From a virus: a stretch of DNA of 64,000 bases. The notes under the pieces were generated by a model. It was not told the origin of the DNA. It was given only the letters and a program-made list of their open reading frames with translations, and did no database searches. Location: the IMG/VR virus record IMGVR_UViG_3300034107_001363, positions 1-64,000 of that record; one strand, written 5' to 3'. Of this stretch, positions 15,974 through 25,167 are shown piece by piece; the stretch's first letter is position 1, and each line of letters opens with the position of its first letter. The position numbers and the translations under genes are program-made.

Positions 15974-16447
15974 TTAGAACGCGCTGCCGGACTCTTCGCC
16001 CTTGCCGAACGCGGCGGCGAACTCGGAGTAGCCCTTGAGCACTTCGAAGGCCTCGGCGTCGAGGATCTTACCCGCGAAGTAGGCCTGCGGTGGTGTTGAG
16101 CCGGAGGAACGGCTGCCGTCCTCGCGGGTCTTATTCCAGCTGCGGATCACGGTGACCTCGCCAAGCTGGGCTGCGATGTCCAATGGTAGTCCCGTGGTGA
16201 CGATGCGGGTGCCTTTGCTGGCGGCACTGAGCAGGGCCATCTGGGACTCGCTGGATAGGCCGTGGACGACCTTGCGGAGGTCCGCCACCTTTTCGAGGTC
16301 GCAGTTGGTCGAGAGCGCCGTGTAGTCGGCAGCGTCTCGGGTGTGGATCAGTGCGGCGGTCGGTGTGACGACGGCGGTGGACGATTCGCCAGCGTCGGAG
16401 AACTCGGAGGCTTCGTTGCGGGCGATGTTTGCGAATGCGGTCTTCAT
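15974..16447 (-). CDS. Hypothetical protein (acidic tail; has its own upstream motif and terminator)
   Basis: ATG at 16447; strong codon bias. Confidence 0.7.
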   Translation of the reverse strand: MKTAFANIARNEASEFSDAGESSTAVVTPTAALIHTRDAADYTALSTNCDLEKVADLRKVVHGLSSESQMALLSAASKGTRIVTTGLPLDIAAQLGEVTVIRSWNKTREDGSRSSGSTPPQAYFAGKILDAEAFEVLKGYSEFAAAFGKGEESGSAF

Positions 16448-16530
16448 GGTCGTGTTGTCTTTTCTATTGAGGTGTGAGACAAGGGCGGACGGGCAACAGC
16501 GCCCATCCACCCTCATCTCGATCACTGAAC

Positions 16531-16549
16531 TCTCAAGCGCGAAGCGCTC
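16531..16549. promoter_or_regulatory. TCTCAAGCGC-GAA-GCGCTC motif (copy 3)
   Basis: Identical to 3551-3569. Confidence 0.65.
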
Positions 16550-18362
16550 CGCGCAAGGCCTGCTCCAAAGCAATGGCGAAGGTGTCTGCTACCTCTTGCT
16601 CGTGGGTTCCGGCTTCAAGCTCTTCGCTGATCATTGCGCGTAGGCGAGCCTTGAGCGTAGGTGAGGCATTGCGGGCCGTTAGTGGTGCTTGTGGCAGAGG
16701 ATCGATGCGTTTGGCTACGAGTCCGTGTTTGGTTTCCACTAGGGCCGTGGTGCCTCGTTTGACGCGATTCATCACTGATACTCGATGTGGCGGCAGACTA
16801 TCGGCTTGCTTGACCTTTGGTTCAGGGACTGCGTTAGCCGGGCTAATAGCCATGAATGGCTCTGTGCGGATAGGCTCCATTAGCGGCGGATGTGACTCCG
16901 TTCCGCGCATGGATGCAAATCCTTTGCAGTTGGCTGATTCTGGACGTGTGTTCTCGAAGGTGATGGTGAAGGGTTCACCACTATGGACGTAACGGATGTT
17001 GGTCCAAGTCCGCTTCTCGACCAGCTCCGACTGGCTTTCGAGGTCGGTCAACTGGTCTTTGAACGAGCGCATAAGCTGACTGCGCTGGTTTTTGAGCCTA
17101 AACTCCATCTTCCCCAACTCCATGTGCCTCATTTGGAGGTCAAACTTTTCGAACCCCTCCAGCTGATCGCGTAGGATGATGCCGACAATCTTCCGCATTT
17201 GAGCGCGAATGATCTGGATACGCTTGGTGAGTTGGTGCCGCTCTTTTCTAACCTCGCTGGCGATTAGGGCCAACTGGTCACGAAGTTCTGGGTGGTCCCA
17301 AATGGCTGAGCCATTACGAAGCTCAATGGACAAGCCCATGTTGGCTGCAGCCTGAACCAGCAGGAAGGACTCCATAGGCTCAGGTTCGTCGCTTTCGTCC
17401 CGCATCAAGCCCTGAAGCACCAGTTCCTCGTCGTCGTTCATGTAATCGACAACGTATCCCTCTGCGTCCTCAATCTCGCCTTCTGCTGCACCTTTGAGTA
17501 GGTGGTAGTCCAATTCGGACAAGGTGAGACGATCTTCCGGTGATCCAGCCATAGTCAGTTCACCCTCACCTTTGTAGTAGGATGACTGGGTGATCTTGGG
17601 GTCGCCCTGCCAACCAACGATGACTAGCCACTGGTTGCGGTGCCAAACCGTGGTGTAGGCAGGGATAATGCCCGTGATGCCGGTCAGCACTTGCACGATG
17701 CTGTGGGCACCGCCGCGAACGGTGATTCCTGCTCGCTTGGCAATGCGCTGCATGGCGACATCGGGCCCGTCCGACATGATCGGCTTGAAGCCATCTTGCG
17801 TCTGCCCAAGGTCGAAGTAGCGGCCGTCTGGTAGCCGGATGGCGTAGCGTGCTTCCTCGTGCTTGAGGCTTTTCCCTTCGCTTTGCATTAGCGGAGGTAG
17901 TTCGTAGACTGTAGCGTCAACCCACTGCCTCTTGCCGTTGACCAACTGCTTGCTGGTTTCTGACTTGAGATAGTGCCGCTGTGCGCGACGGATCACCGTT
18001 TGTTCGGCTTTCCATTTTTCCAAGTCAGCAATGCGCTGAACGTTGAAGACTGTGGATGCGATGAGGTCGGACGCATCCAACGGGTATCCACGCTCCTTAG
18101 CGTGTTCCGTGAGATACTCGTTTGTGGCCGCTATGATTGCATCGGCTCCTTTGGGCAGCCACTTGCCGAATTGGCGTCGCAGCATTGCCCGTGGGATGCG
18201 GGGAAGCAGTCCGTGGGTGATTTGGAGGTCATCGAACAATGCCTCCGGTTCCTCGCCGTTAAAGCGAGCCTCCATCTCCATGATGATCGAGGCGGGGTCC
18301 AGTTGCGAGGACGCGACAAGTTCCGGGTCAAGCCCGGTGATGGTTTTCAATGCTAACTTCAT
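16533..18362 (-). CDS. Large hypothetical early protein (609 aa)
   Basis: Long ORF; no motif recognised. Confidence 0.8.
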   Translation of the reverse strand: MKLALKTITGLDPELVASSQLDPASIIMEMEARFNGEEPEALFDDLQITHGLLPRIPRAMLRRQFGKWLPKGADAIIAATNEYLTEHAKERGYPLDASDLIASTVFNVQRIADLEKWKAEQTVIRRAQRHYLKSETSKQLVNGKRQWVDATVYELPPLMQSEGKSLKHEEARYAIRLPDGRYFDLGQTQDGFKPIMSDGPDVAMQRIAKRAGITVRGGAHSIVQVLTGITGIIPAYTTVWHRNQWLVIVGWQGDPKITQSSYYKGEGELTMAGSPEDRLTLSELDYHLLKGAAEGEIEDAEGYVVDYMNDDEELVLQGLMRDESDEPEPMESFLLVQAAANMGLSIELRNGSAIWDHPELRDQLALIASEVRKERHQLTKRIQIIRAQMRKIVGIILRDQLEGFEKFDLQMRHMELGKMEFRLKNQRSQLMRSFKDQLTDLESQSELVEKRTWTNIRYVHSGEPFTITFENTRPESANCKGFASMRGTESHPPLMEPIRTEPFMAISPANAVPEPKVKQADSLPPHRVSVMNRVKRGTTALVETKHGLVAKRIDPLPQAPLTARNASPTLKARLRAMISEELEAGTHEQEVADTFAIALEQALRGALRA

Positions 18363-18434
18363 GTGTAGTCACTTTCTATTACTAAGCCCCCACTGCTCCC
18401 GCCCGAAGGGCTGGCAGAGCAATGGAATGAATGG

Positions 18435-18779
18435 TCACGGGGTGATGGTTTCGAGTGCGCGGCGCTTGATTACGTCGCAATGACAGGCCTGCGGGTAGCA
18501 GTGGCAGTAGAGAGCCACTGATTTGCCTTCTGAGAGCCTCAAGGCGATGCGCTGAATCACTTTGAGGTGTTGCTCCCGGTGGGGCTGCCAATCCTGTTCC
18601 AGAGACAGTTTGTAGGCCTCGCAAACGGCATTCCTCATGTCCTCGTGGGTCATTTCGAACGGATTGCCCAAACCTGCATTGGTCAGGTGGGGATATTTCC
18701 AGTGGTTGCGTCCACAATAGAGGTGGAGGTCGGCTTTAACGCCGGTTTCCCGGACGTGGTGGATGGTGATAGTGCTCAT
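18435..18779 (-). CDS. DUF4326 domain protein
   Basis: YCGR...LGNPF...R..VCEAY...L.CHCYP..CHCDVIK. Confidence 0.85.
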   Translation of the reverse strand: MSTITIHHVRETGVKADLHLYCGRNHWKYPHLTNAGLGNPFEMTHEDMRNAVCEAYKLSLEQDWQPHREQHLKVIQRIALRLSEGKSVALYCHCYPQACHCDVIKRRALETITP

Positions 18780-19135
18780 GGTTTTTTTGATTCGAGGTCG
18801 TGGATGAGGGCCCAAAGCTGTGAGCGTTCCGAGATGAGGGCTTCGGCTTGAGCCGAATCCTCTTGTTGTTCTTTCTCCCCAAAGGTCTCAATGGCCCATT
18901 GGGTGTGCTTCCATTTTCCGGTCAGCTCATCCAAGCGTTCTTCGATTTGCCAAATCCGGAGATCGGCTTCGCGGAGCTTGGTGTCACGAGGCGACTCAAC
19001 GTGGCTGGTTAGCTGGGAGCGGACGATGCTTTCGGCTTCAAGGCAGGCTCCCGCTTCATTGTGGGACTGCACTGTCACTAGGGCGTATGCTCCCTGAAAT
19101 CCGGGAGCGCTCACTTTTACGTGGTAGGTTTGCAT
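18776..19135 (-). CDS. Hypothetical protein
   Basis: ATG at 19135; divergent from the terS-like gene. Confidence 0.6.
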   Translation of the reverse strand: MQTYHVKVSAPGFQGAYALVTVQSHNEAGACLEAESIVRSQLTSHVESPRDTKLREADLRIWQIEERLDELTGKWKHTQWAIETFGEKEQQEDSAQAEALISERSQLWALIHDLESKKP

Positions 19136-19220
19136 ACTGCGTGTTCTCTGTTTTAGCTTGGCTAAGACGCCCAAGCGTGCGTGGTGGACAAGTTCCACCG
19201 AAATCTGTAGGTTAATGGGC

Positions 19221-19754
19221 ATGGAGCAACCATCCCATCTAGCCGAAGGCTCATCGCCTGTCGTGCCGCGTCCTGTTCTCACCCGCAAAGACCCGAATAA
19301 GAAGGTCAGCGACGAGGACAGGGAAGTCCTGAAAGCCTTGTATTGCCAAGGTGTGCCCGCGCCTTTGCTTGCTGAACGCTACGGAATCAAGCCCCGGACG
19401 ATCAACGGTTGGGCGAGCAAGGAGAAGTGGCCATCACCGGGACGTGTGTCCCGGGCCCAGAAGCACCCTGTAGCTGAAGCAAGCGATCCTGCTGCTGCTC
19501 TTGCCCAGTTGTGGCTTGAACGCGGCACAGCAGGACGTGAGGCCATTTATCAGGGAAGCAAGCGAGCCATCGACCGGTTCTTTGCCATGCAGCCCGTGCC
19601 ACAGACCTTCGCTGAAGCTGCCACTGCCGTCAAACTGATGAAGGAAGCCATCAATCCCAACGAGGGCAAGGAAGTGAGCCAAACCGGCATCAGCATTCAA
19701 GTGCTAACCCAGCAGGGCTTCGTCCCCAAGCTGGCCACAACCATCGATGTCTAA
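19221..19754 (+). CDS. Putative terminase small subunit (N-terminal HTH)
   Basis: ALYCQG....LAERYGIKPRTINGWASKEKW, helical middle and beta C-terminus; preceded by TGGACA-N17-TAGGTT. Confidence 0.6.
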   Translation: MEQPSHLAEGSSPVVPRPVLTRKDPNKKVSDEDREVLKALYCQGVPAPLLAERYGIKPRTINGWASKEKWPSPGRVSRAQKHPVAEASDPAAALAQLWLERGTAGREAIYQGSKRAIDRFFAMQPVPQTFAEAATAVKLMKEAINPNEGKEVSQTGISIQVLTQQGFVPKLATTIDV

Positions 19755-20489
19755 TCGCAACCCAGCTGCATTAGTCGGGAGGGGCATTCAGGGGGAGCTT
19801 GAACTTAGCCATCCCCTAATAACCATAACAGCAATGGACACCAGACCATCCGCAACCCCGGACGGACGCCCATCACCCACCCACCGGACCCTTATTGGCT
19901 TGTCCGTGTGAGGAAAGTGTGCTACATTTTGAGCAAGCGGAAGCCGAGGGTTATAGGGTGTGAAATCCCTTCCAGCGCAGCGAGTTAGGCCGACCGGGAC
20001 GATAGTTGCCGTAATCCGCCGAAGCAGACTGGGGGTTCTTTAGCCAAGTGAAACTGCCTGAATTGAGCGGAAACTGAGAGGTTTGCCGCTATTTCTGTGT
20101 CATGCAGTCGGGATGATGGTCTGGATCGTGGATGGCACTGAATGGACCCCTCCAGCCGAAGGCTTAGGTTCCTGCCCCTCCGTCCCATTGACATGAAAGT
20201 CACCCCAAGCCAGCCTGCACCCACCGATGATTGATGGAGGAAACAAGCTGGCCCCATCTGGAAGAGGAAATCGGGCTGGGTTTGGTCCAGTCCCGGGAAG
20301 AACCCTCACCGGTTAAGGTGAGGGCCCATGCCCGAGACTAGTCCATGGGAATCCAGCGGACGCGGTGCTTGCCGTCCAGTTTTGATTCCTTGCTGTCTCC
20401 AGTGGTCCAGCGCTTGGGGGTGCGCGGCTGGATGTGGCGGAGGCCGAGGGCGAGTCCACCGAGGTGGAGTGCGACTGCGATTAGGTAGG

Positions 20490-20711
20490 TCATAGGTAGT
20501 GCTTTCTAACGTGTTGAGTGGGGAATTGGACGCTTCTGGTTCCCCCGAATACCAGCGTGGTAGTATGGCTGTCAGAAACCGACACTGTAGCTGTCGATTT
20601 GGTTCGCCGGGACGTCAGCACCAATCCCGGGTAAAGCTCGCTCACAGGTGCCTTGTAGCCCTCACAGAGAGCCAGCATCCGTTCGGCCCATTGCTCATCG
20701 CTCTCGCTCAT
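20490..20711 (-). CDS. Hypothetical protein
   Basis: 73 aa. Confidence 0.5.
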   Translation of the reverse strand: MSESDEQWAERMLALCEGYKAPVSELYPGLVLTSRRTKSTATVSVSDSHTTTLVFGGTRSVQFPTQHVRKHYL

Positions 20712-20796
20712 GAGAACAAGAGGATGAGAATGTAGAGGAAGCAGGCCCCGAATGCCAGCAGCGAAGCCAGCACCGGGTCGATTGGTTCGTGGTCAA

Positions 20797-21060
20797 TCAT
20801 GCTACCACCTCCTTCGAGTAGCTGATCTTCACCAAGTTTTCACCCGCCTTGCGGAAGGTGAACTTCTCCTCGGTGACGTCCATCACCTCGTTGCCTCCAT
20901 CGAAAGCCTCTCCATCCCCCTTGCGGTAGGTCAGCTTCCTCAAGGATGTCCCATTGGGCTCCCAGTCAGCCATTTCCCTCCACAAGGCCACGGCCTCAGA
21001 GCGGGAAACGATGAGGTTCTTCTGTTTCACCCAGGTCACCTTGCAGGCGAGCAGGGGCAT
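20797..21060 (-). CDS. Hypothetical protein
   Basis: Probable ATG at 21060, 4 nt after a palindrome copy. Confidence 0.55.
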   Translation of the reverse strand: MPLLACKVTWVKQKNLIVSRSEAVALWREMADWEPNGTSLRKLTYRKGDGEAFDGGNEVMDVTEEKFTFRKAGENLVKISYSKEVVA

Positions 21061-21192
21061 TGTCTTAGCTTGGCTAATTGTCGTGTTCATCTCTTCAAAT
21101 ACCCGCATTGGTTCGTGGCGGGAGCACGTCATCAGTTTCCCCGATGAGCTAAGGACTTACACACGGTCTAGCCGTGATGCCCCAGCGAGGGA

Positions 21193-21532
21193 TTAGGCCT
21201 CTTGGTGATCGAGCGCGAACTCGTCGGCGAGATCATCGGCCTCGCTTGCGCGGAGCTTCTGCCACCACTCTTTCTTAGTGCGATCCCAGTCGAGGTTGCC
21301 GACGCCCCCATTCATAATGCGAACGGCTTCTTCGAGACTCCAGTCGTGGGTATCGGCCATAACCTCCGACATGAAAGACGCCATCAAGGCATCCTCCCAT
21401 GTTTCGGGGTTAAGCGCCAAGAGGCAGACGGCCTGCCTCTTTTGGGCATTCACCATCCACGCCCCCTCATTAGGGAACGTTGCCATTGCTCCGTTTGCGA
21501 TCATCTGGAGGCGGGTGATATTGTTCATGTTC
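21193..21532 (-). CDS. Hypothetical protein
   Basis: ~113-aa ORF. Confidence 0.6.
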
Positions 21533-21704
21533 ATAGTAACGTTTGCCACTCCATCGGCGTGTCGCGGATTCAGTCAACCGCGAAGACATCCCTGAACGTC
21601 GGGATTGGACGTGCTGGTGCCTATGCCAGCGTAAGGCCCTAGAGGGCTGAGTGGTGTCCACCCAGCGAGGGCGGCAGTTTAACGACGTGCCGAGGTCGTG
21701 GGGA

Positions 21705-22025
21705 TCAGAATGGGACGTCGGTCGCCCAATTTTCTGGAGGCGGCAAGATCACCATCTCCTTGTCGTCGAGCGGCTCCGACTCGGTGATCCAGCTGTTGAC
21801 CAGCACCTTGCTGGCCACCTTACGATAGCGGCGCGTGCCATCCTTGGTGACCTTCCAGTCACCGAAGAAGCGCTCGGCCATCAGGGCCTTGAGGGCCTCT
21901 AGCTCGAACTCCGCGTCCCTTAGCTGTTGCAGGACCGCCCGCGTCTCCTGTTTGGAGACCTGAAGGTCAATGGCTGGGACCACGCCCATAAGGCGGCAGA
22001 GCAGGCTTTCAATCATCGTTGTCAT
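21705..22025 (-). CDS. Hypothetical protein (first gene of the left arm)
   Basis: 106 aa ending in DVPF. Confidence 0.6.
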   Translation of the reverse strand: MTTMIESLLCRLMGVVPAIDLQVSKQETRAVLQQLRDAEFELEALKALMAERFFGDWKVTKDGTRRYRKVASKVLVNSWITESEPLDDKEMVILPPPENWATDVPF

Positions 22026-22314
22026 GGTAGCGTGTTTGTTTGTTGTTCCCCATGTGCATACGTTGTGTATACATATGGAAGGTAGCGAGCACTGGGCTCA
22101 CTGGTCACACTACTAAGGCGACTACAGGCTACATCATCGTGATGCAGTGGTTACTGAGGGGCGACGGGTCTACCTCGACTCCGCCTATCCTCACACAGCT
22201 ACAGGGGGACAGTCATGGCATGAGCGTGGGAATTTTTATTTAGCCACGGAAAAAGTAAAAAGGGGGCGTGAAATTTTGAATTGGTGGATGGTTTGGGAAA
22301 GTGTAATGGGGGTG

Positions 22315-23046
22315 ATGCCGAAGGTGCCTGTGAAGCTTGCGAAGAAGGTTTTGGATCAAAGCCGTCAGGTTCGTTTGAGTCCTGAGCAGGCGGCTCAATT
22401 TGAGTTGGCGAAGGAGCCGATGAAGAAGGCGGCGGCTGGGGTGGTTTTGAAGCAGCCGGACTTGTCGGAGGAGGAGGTGGATCAGGCTGGGGTGGTGGAG
22501 GCGTTGGCGGAGGCTGGGGAGTTGGGGGAGTCTGGAGCTTCGACGTTGGCGATGGGTGCTGGTTTGGCTTCTTTGTTAAAGGTGAAGGGGGCTGCGGGAT
22601 TGGCGGGCAAGGCTGGAAGGGCGGCTGGGGTGGCGACGGTGGCGTTGAACGCGGTCGATTTGGCGCGGACGTTGGTGGATGATGATTACCGTGAGGAGGT
22701 GAAGGCGTCGTTGGAAGGGATGGATGGGTGGGACGGGTTTCAGCAGGGGTTGACGAGGGCCCCGTCGCTGGTGACTGCCTTGCAGTCGGTGAATGAGGAG
22801 ACGGCGGATCAGTTTGAAGGAATTGAGGAGCAGGATGCCCGGACTGACCGGCAGTTGTATGAGATGCGGCTGAGGAAGAAGGCGCGGCAGCAGGAGACAG
22901 AGCGGGTCAATGAGGAGCAGAGGAGGGCCTTGGAGGCTCCGAGTGCTGAAGAAAAAATCCGGATGGCGAAGCTTGAGGATGAGATGGAAAAACAGAATGC
23001 GCGGAACATGGTGCGTTCTTACTTGGAGGAGCAGGGATTGGTATGA
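22315..23046 (+). CDS. Hypothetical protein upstream of terL (Gly/Ala hydrophobic segment and coiled coil)
   Basis: ATGA overlap with terL. Confidence 0.7.
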   Translation: MPKVPVKLAKKVLDQSRQVRLSPEQAAQFELAKEPMKKAAAGVVLKQPDLSEEEVDQAGVVEALAEAGELGESGASTLAMGAGLASLLKVKGAAGLAGKAGRAAGVATVALNAVDLARTLVDDDYREEVKASLEGMDGWDGFQQGLTRAPSLVTALQSVNEETADQFEGIEEQDARTDRQLYEMRLRKKARQQETERVNEEQRRALEAPSAEEKIRMAKLEDEMEKQNARNMVRSYLEEQGLV

Positions 23047-24788
23047 TCATTGATGGAGCTGAGTTTCCGGACGGGACATGTCCCATTGCGGCGCATTTGT
23101 GGTTGTATGCGCAGGCGGGAGAGGGCAATGGTTGGATCCGGACGCCGGAGCAGCGGTTTCAGAATTTCAAGGCGGCGGTAGACCTTGCGTTCAACTGCGA
23201 GGGTTCCATCCGGCGGGTGGTTTGGAATCGATGGACTGAGTTGATTGTCCGGTCCTACATTGGCAACTGGGACAAGAAGCGGTTTTTGGCTCTTGCTGGA
23301 TGCTCGAGTTCTGGAAAGTCGGACGGCATTGCGTTGTGCGGGCTGATGGATTACTGGGCACGACCTGCGGAGACGTTCTTCTTGGTGATGTCGACGACCA
23401 AGCAGGCGGCTCGGATGCGTATTTGGAAGTCGATTACGCAGCTTTGGGGGCAGGCCGTGGAGAAGGGGTGTCCGGGCAAGCTCATTGATTCTGACGGCTA
23501 CATCAAAGGGGTGAACCAGAACGGGATGCTGTGGAGGAATAGCGGCATCATTTTGATGGCTGCGGGCAATTCGGATGCTGAGCAGGCCTGCAAGGACTTG
23601 CTGGGGATCAAGAACCCGAATGTCATCATCGGTGCGGACGAGTTCAACGAGCTGGGGGACGGCATCTTAAAGACGGCGTTTGAGAACATGACGTCGAACG
23701 ACCGGCTTAATTTCACGGGGATGGCGAATCCGGACAAGCTGACCGACCCGTTTGGGGAACTGGCGGAGCCGTTGCACGGGTGGAAGTCCATTACTGAAGA
23801 CGACGAGCAGTGGTTGACCAAGTATGGCCGGTGCGTCCGGTTGAACGCGGAGAATTCGCCCCGGATCAAGGACGAGGGGGGCGAGAAGTTCCATTGGCAG
23901 CCTGACCAAGCTTACTGCGACCGGATTGCCAAAGCGCGAGGTGGGGTGAAGAGCCGGGGTTACTATCGCTTCGTCAAGGCGTTCTGGTGTCCGGACGGCG
24001 CCACCAATTCGATTTACTCGGAAGTCGAGCTGATGAATGGCTGTGCCCTTGATTTGGAGGAGCCGCGTTGGGACTCCCAGCCAATTACGTTGTCTGGCTT
24101 GGACCCGTCGTTCAGCCGCAACGGCGACCGCTCGTGCGACGTCAAAGCAAAGCTGGGCAAAGTGGAAGGGCGAACCCATCTTCATTTCTGCCACTACCAG
24201 ACGCTGGTTGAGGACATCCAAGACAAGGAAGTGGCGTTGTCGCACCAAATTGCCCGTCAGTGGAAGCAGTCGTGCGAGGACTGGGGAGTGAAGCCGTTTC
24301 ACGCGGCGATGGACAACACCGGAGCTGGCACGCCGTTCGGCCACATCGTCGACATGGAGTGGAGTCCGGCGGTGATGAAAGTGAACTTCCAAGGCAAGGC
24401 ATCCGACCGGACGGTGGTGTTCCGCAACGAGGACGTTGGTTTCTACAACAAGAACTCGGAGCTGTGGATTCAACCGAAGGAGTTTATTCGGGCCAACCAG
24501 ATTAGCGGCATCAGCAAGGAGATGATGGCCGAACTGGTCGACCGCGAGTATCACGACAAGGAGGGACGCTTGTTGCGGGTCGAAAGCAAGGAGGAGGCCA
24601 AGAAGCGGCTCAAGCGGTCTCCTGACTTGGTTGACGCGGCGTTGCTTGTCATCGAGAAGGCGGTCAGTCTTGGAATGTTGCGCAGCGAAGAGGTCCGGCA
24701 GGTAGCCAAGATGGCCAATTCGGGCTGGGCCTTGAGCCGTGTCAAGAAGATGATAGCGACGGTTTGCGGGCGGCGGTTGCGCCGGTAA
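23043..24788 (+). CDS. terL: Terminase large subunit
   Basis: Walker A GCSSSGKS, Walker B IIGADE, motif III ANP, RNase H-like GLDPS and SPDLVDA. Confidence 0.92.
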   Translation: MIIDGAEFPDGTCPIAAHLWLYAQAGEGNGWIRTPEQRFQNFKAAVDLAFNCEGSIRRVVWNRWTELIVRSYIGNWDKKRFLALAGCSSSGKSDGIALCGLMDYWARPAETFFLVMSTTKQAARMRIWKSITQLWGQAVEKGCPGKLIDSDGYIKGVNQNGMLWRNSGIILMAAGNSDAEQACKDLLGIKNPNVIIGADEFNELGDGILKTAFENMTSNDRLNFTGMANPDKLTDPFGELAEPLHGWKSITEDDEQWLTKYGRCVRLNAENSPRIKDEGGEKFHWQPDQAYCDRIAKARGGVKSRGYYRFVKAFWCPDGATNSIYSEVELMNGCALDLEEPRWDSQPITLSGLDPSFSRNGDRSCDVKAKLGKVEGRTHLHFCHYQTLVEDIQDKEVALSHQIARQWKQSCEDWGVKPFHAAMDNTGAGTPFGHIVDMEWSPAVMKVNFQGKASDRTVVFRNEDVGFYNKNSELWIQPKEFIRANQISGISKEMMAELVDREYHDKEGRLLRVESKEEAKKRLKRSPDLVDAALLVIEKAVSLGMLRSEEVRQVAKMANSGWALSRVKKMIATVCGRRLRR

Positions 24789-24825
24789 GCTTGACATTCA
24801 TCGGGTCTTATGGACAACTCCCGAA

Positions 24826-25137
24826 ATGCCAGCAGGAATTATCACCATTGGAACTACCCCGGTTTCTCAACTTGTCCCGGTGCCGCGCGGCCGCACCTTC
24901 ACGATGGCCTTGCGAGGAACCCCTGGAACCCTCACTTCGTTCAAGGCCCAGTGGTATGACGGCACCAACTGGAACAACTTCGTCTCCACCGACCTTGATT
25001 TGGCAGTGGCAGGAGAAGCAACCGGGGTAAATGTTGGCGCGATCAACGAGATTTTGGTGGTTTCAACAGGAAATACCGCTGGGACAACGATGATTGCGGT
25101 GATCAATGTCGAACCGCTGGAAGCTCACTCGATGTAA
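24826..25137 (+). CDS. Hypothetical virion protein (beta-rich)
   Basis: 103 aa between terL and portal; TTGACA at 24791. Confidence 0.65.
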   Translation: MPAGIITIGTTPVSQLVPVPRGRTFTMALRGTPGTLTSFKAQWYDGTNWNNFVSTDLDLAVAGEATGVNVGAINEILVVSTGNTAGTTMIAVINVEPLEAHSM

Positions 25138-25167
25138 TTTGTTCCTTTCATTTAGCCCGGCTAAAGC

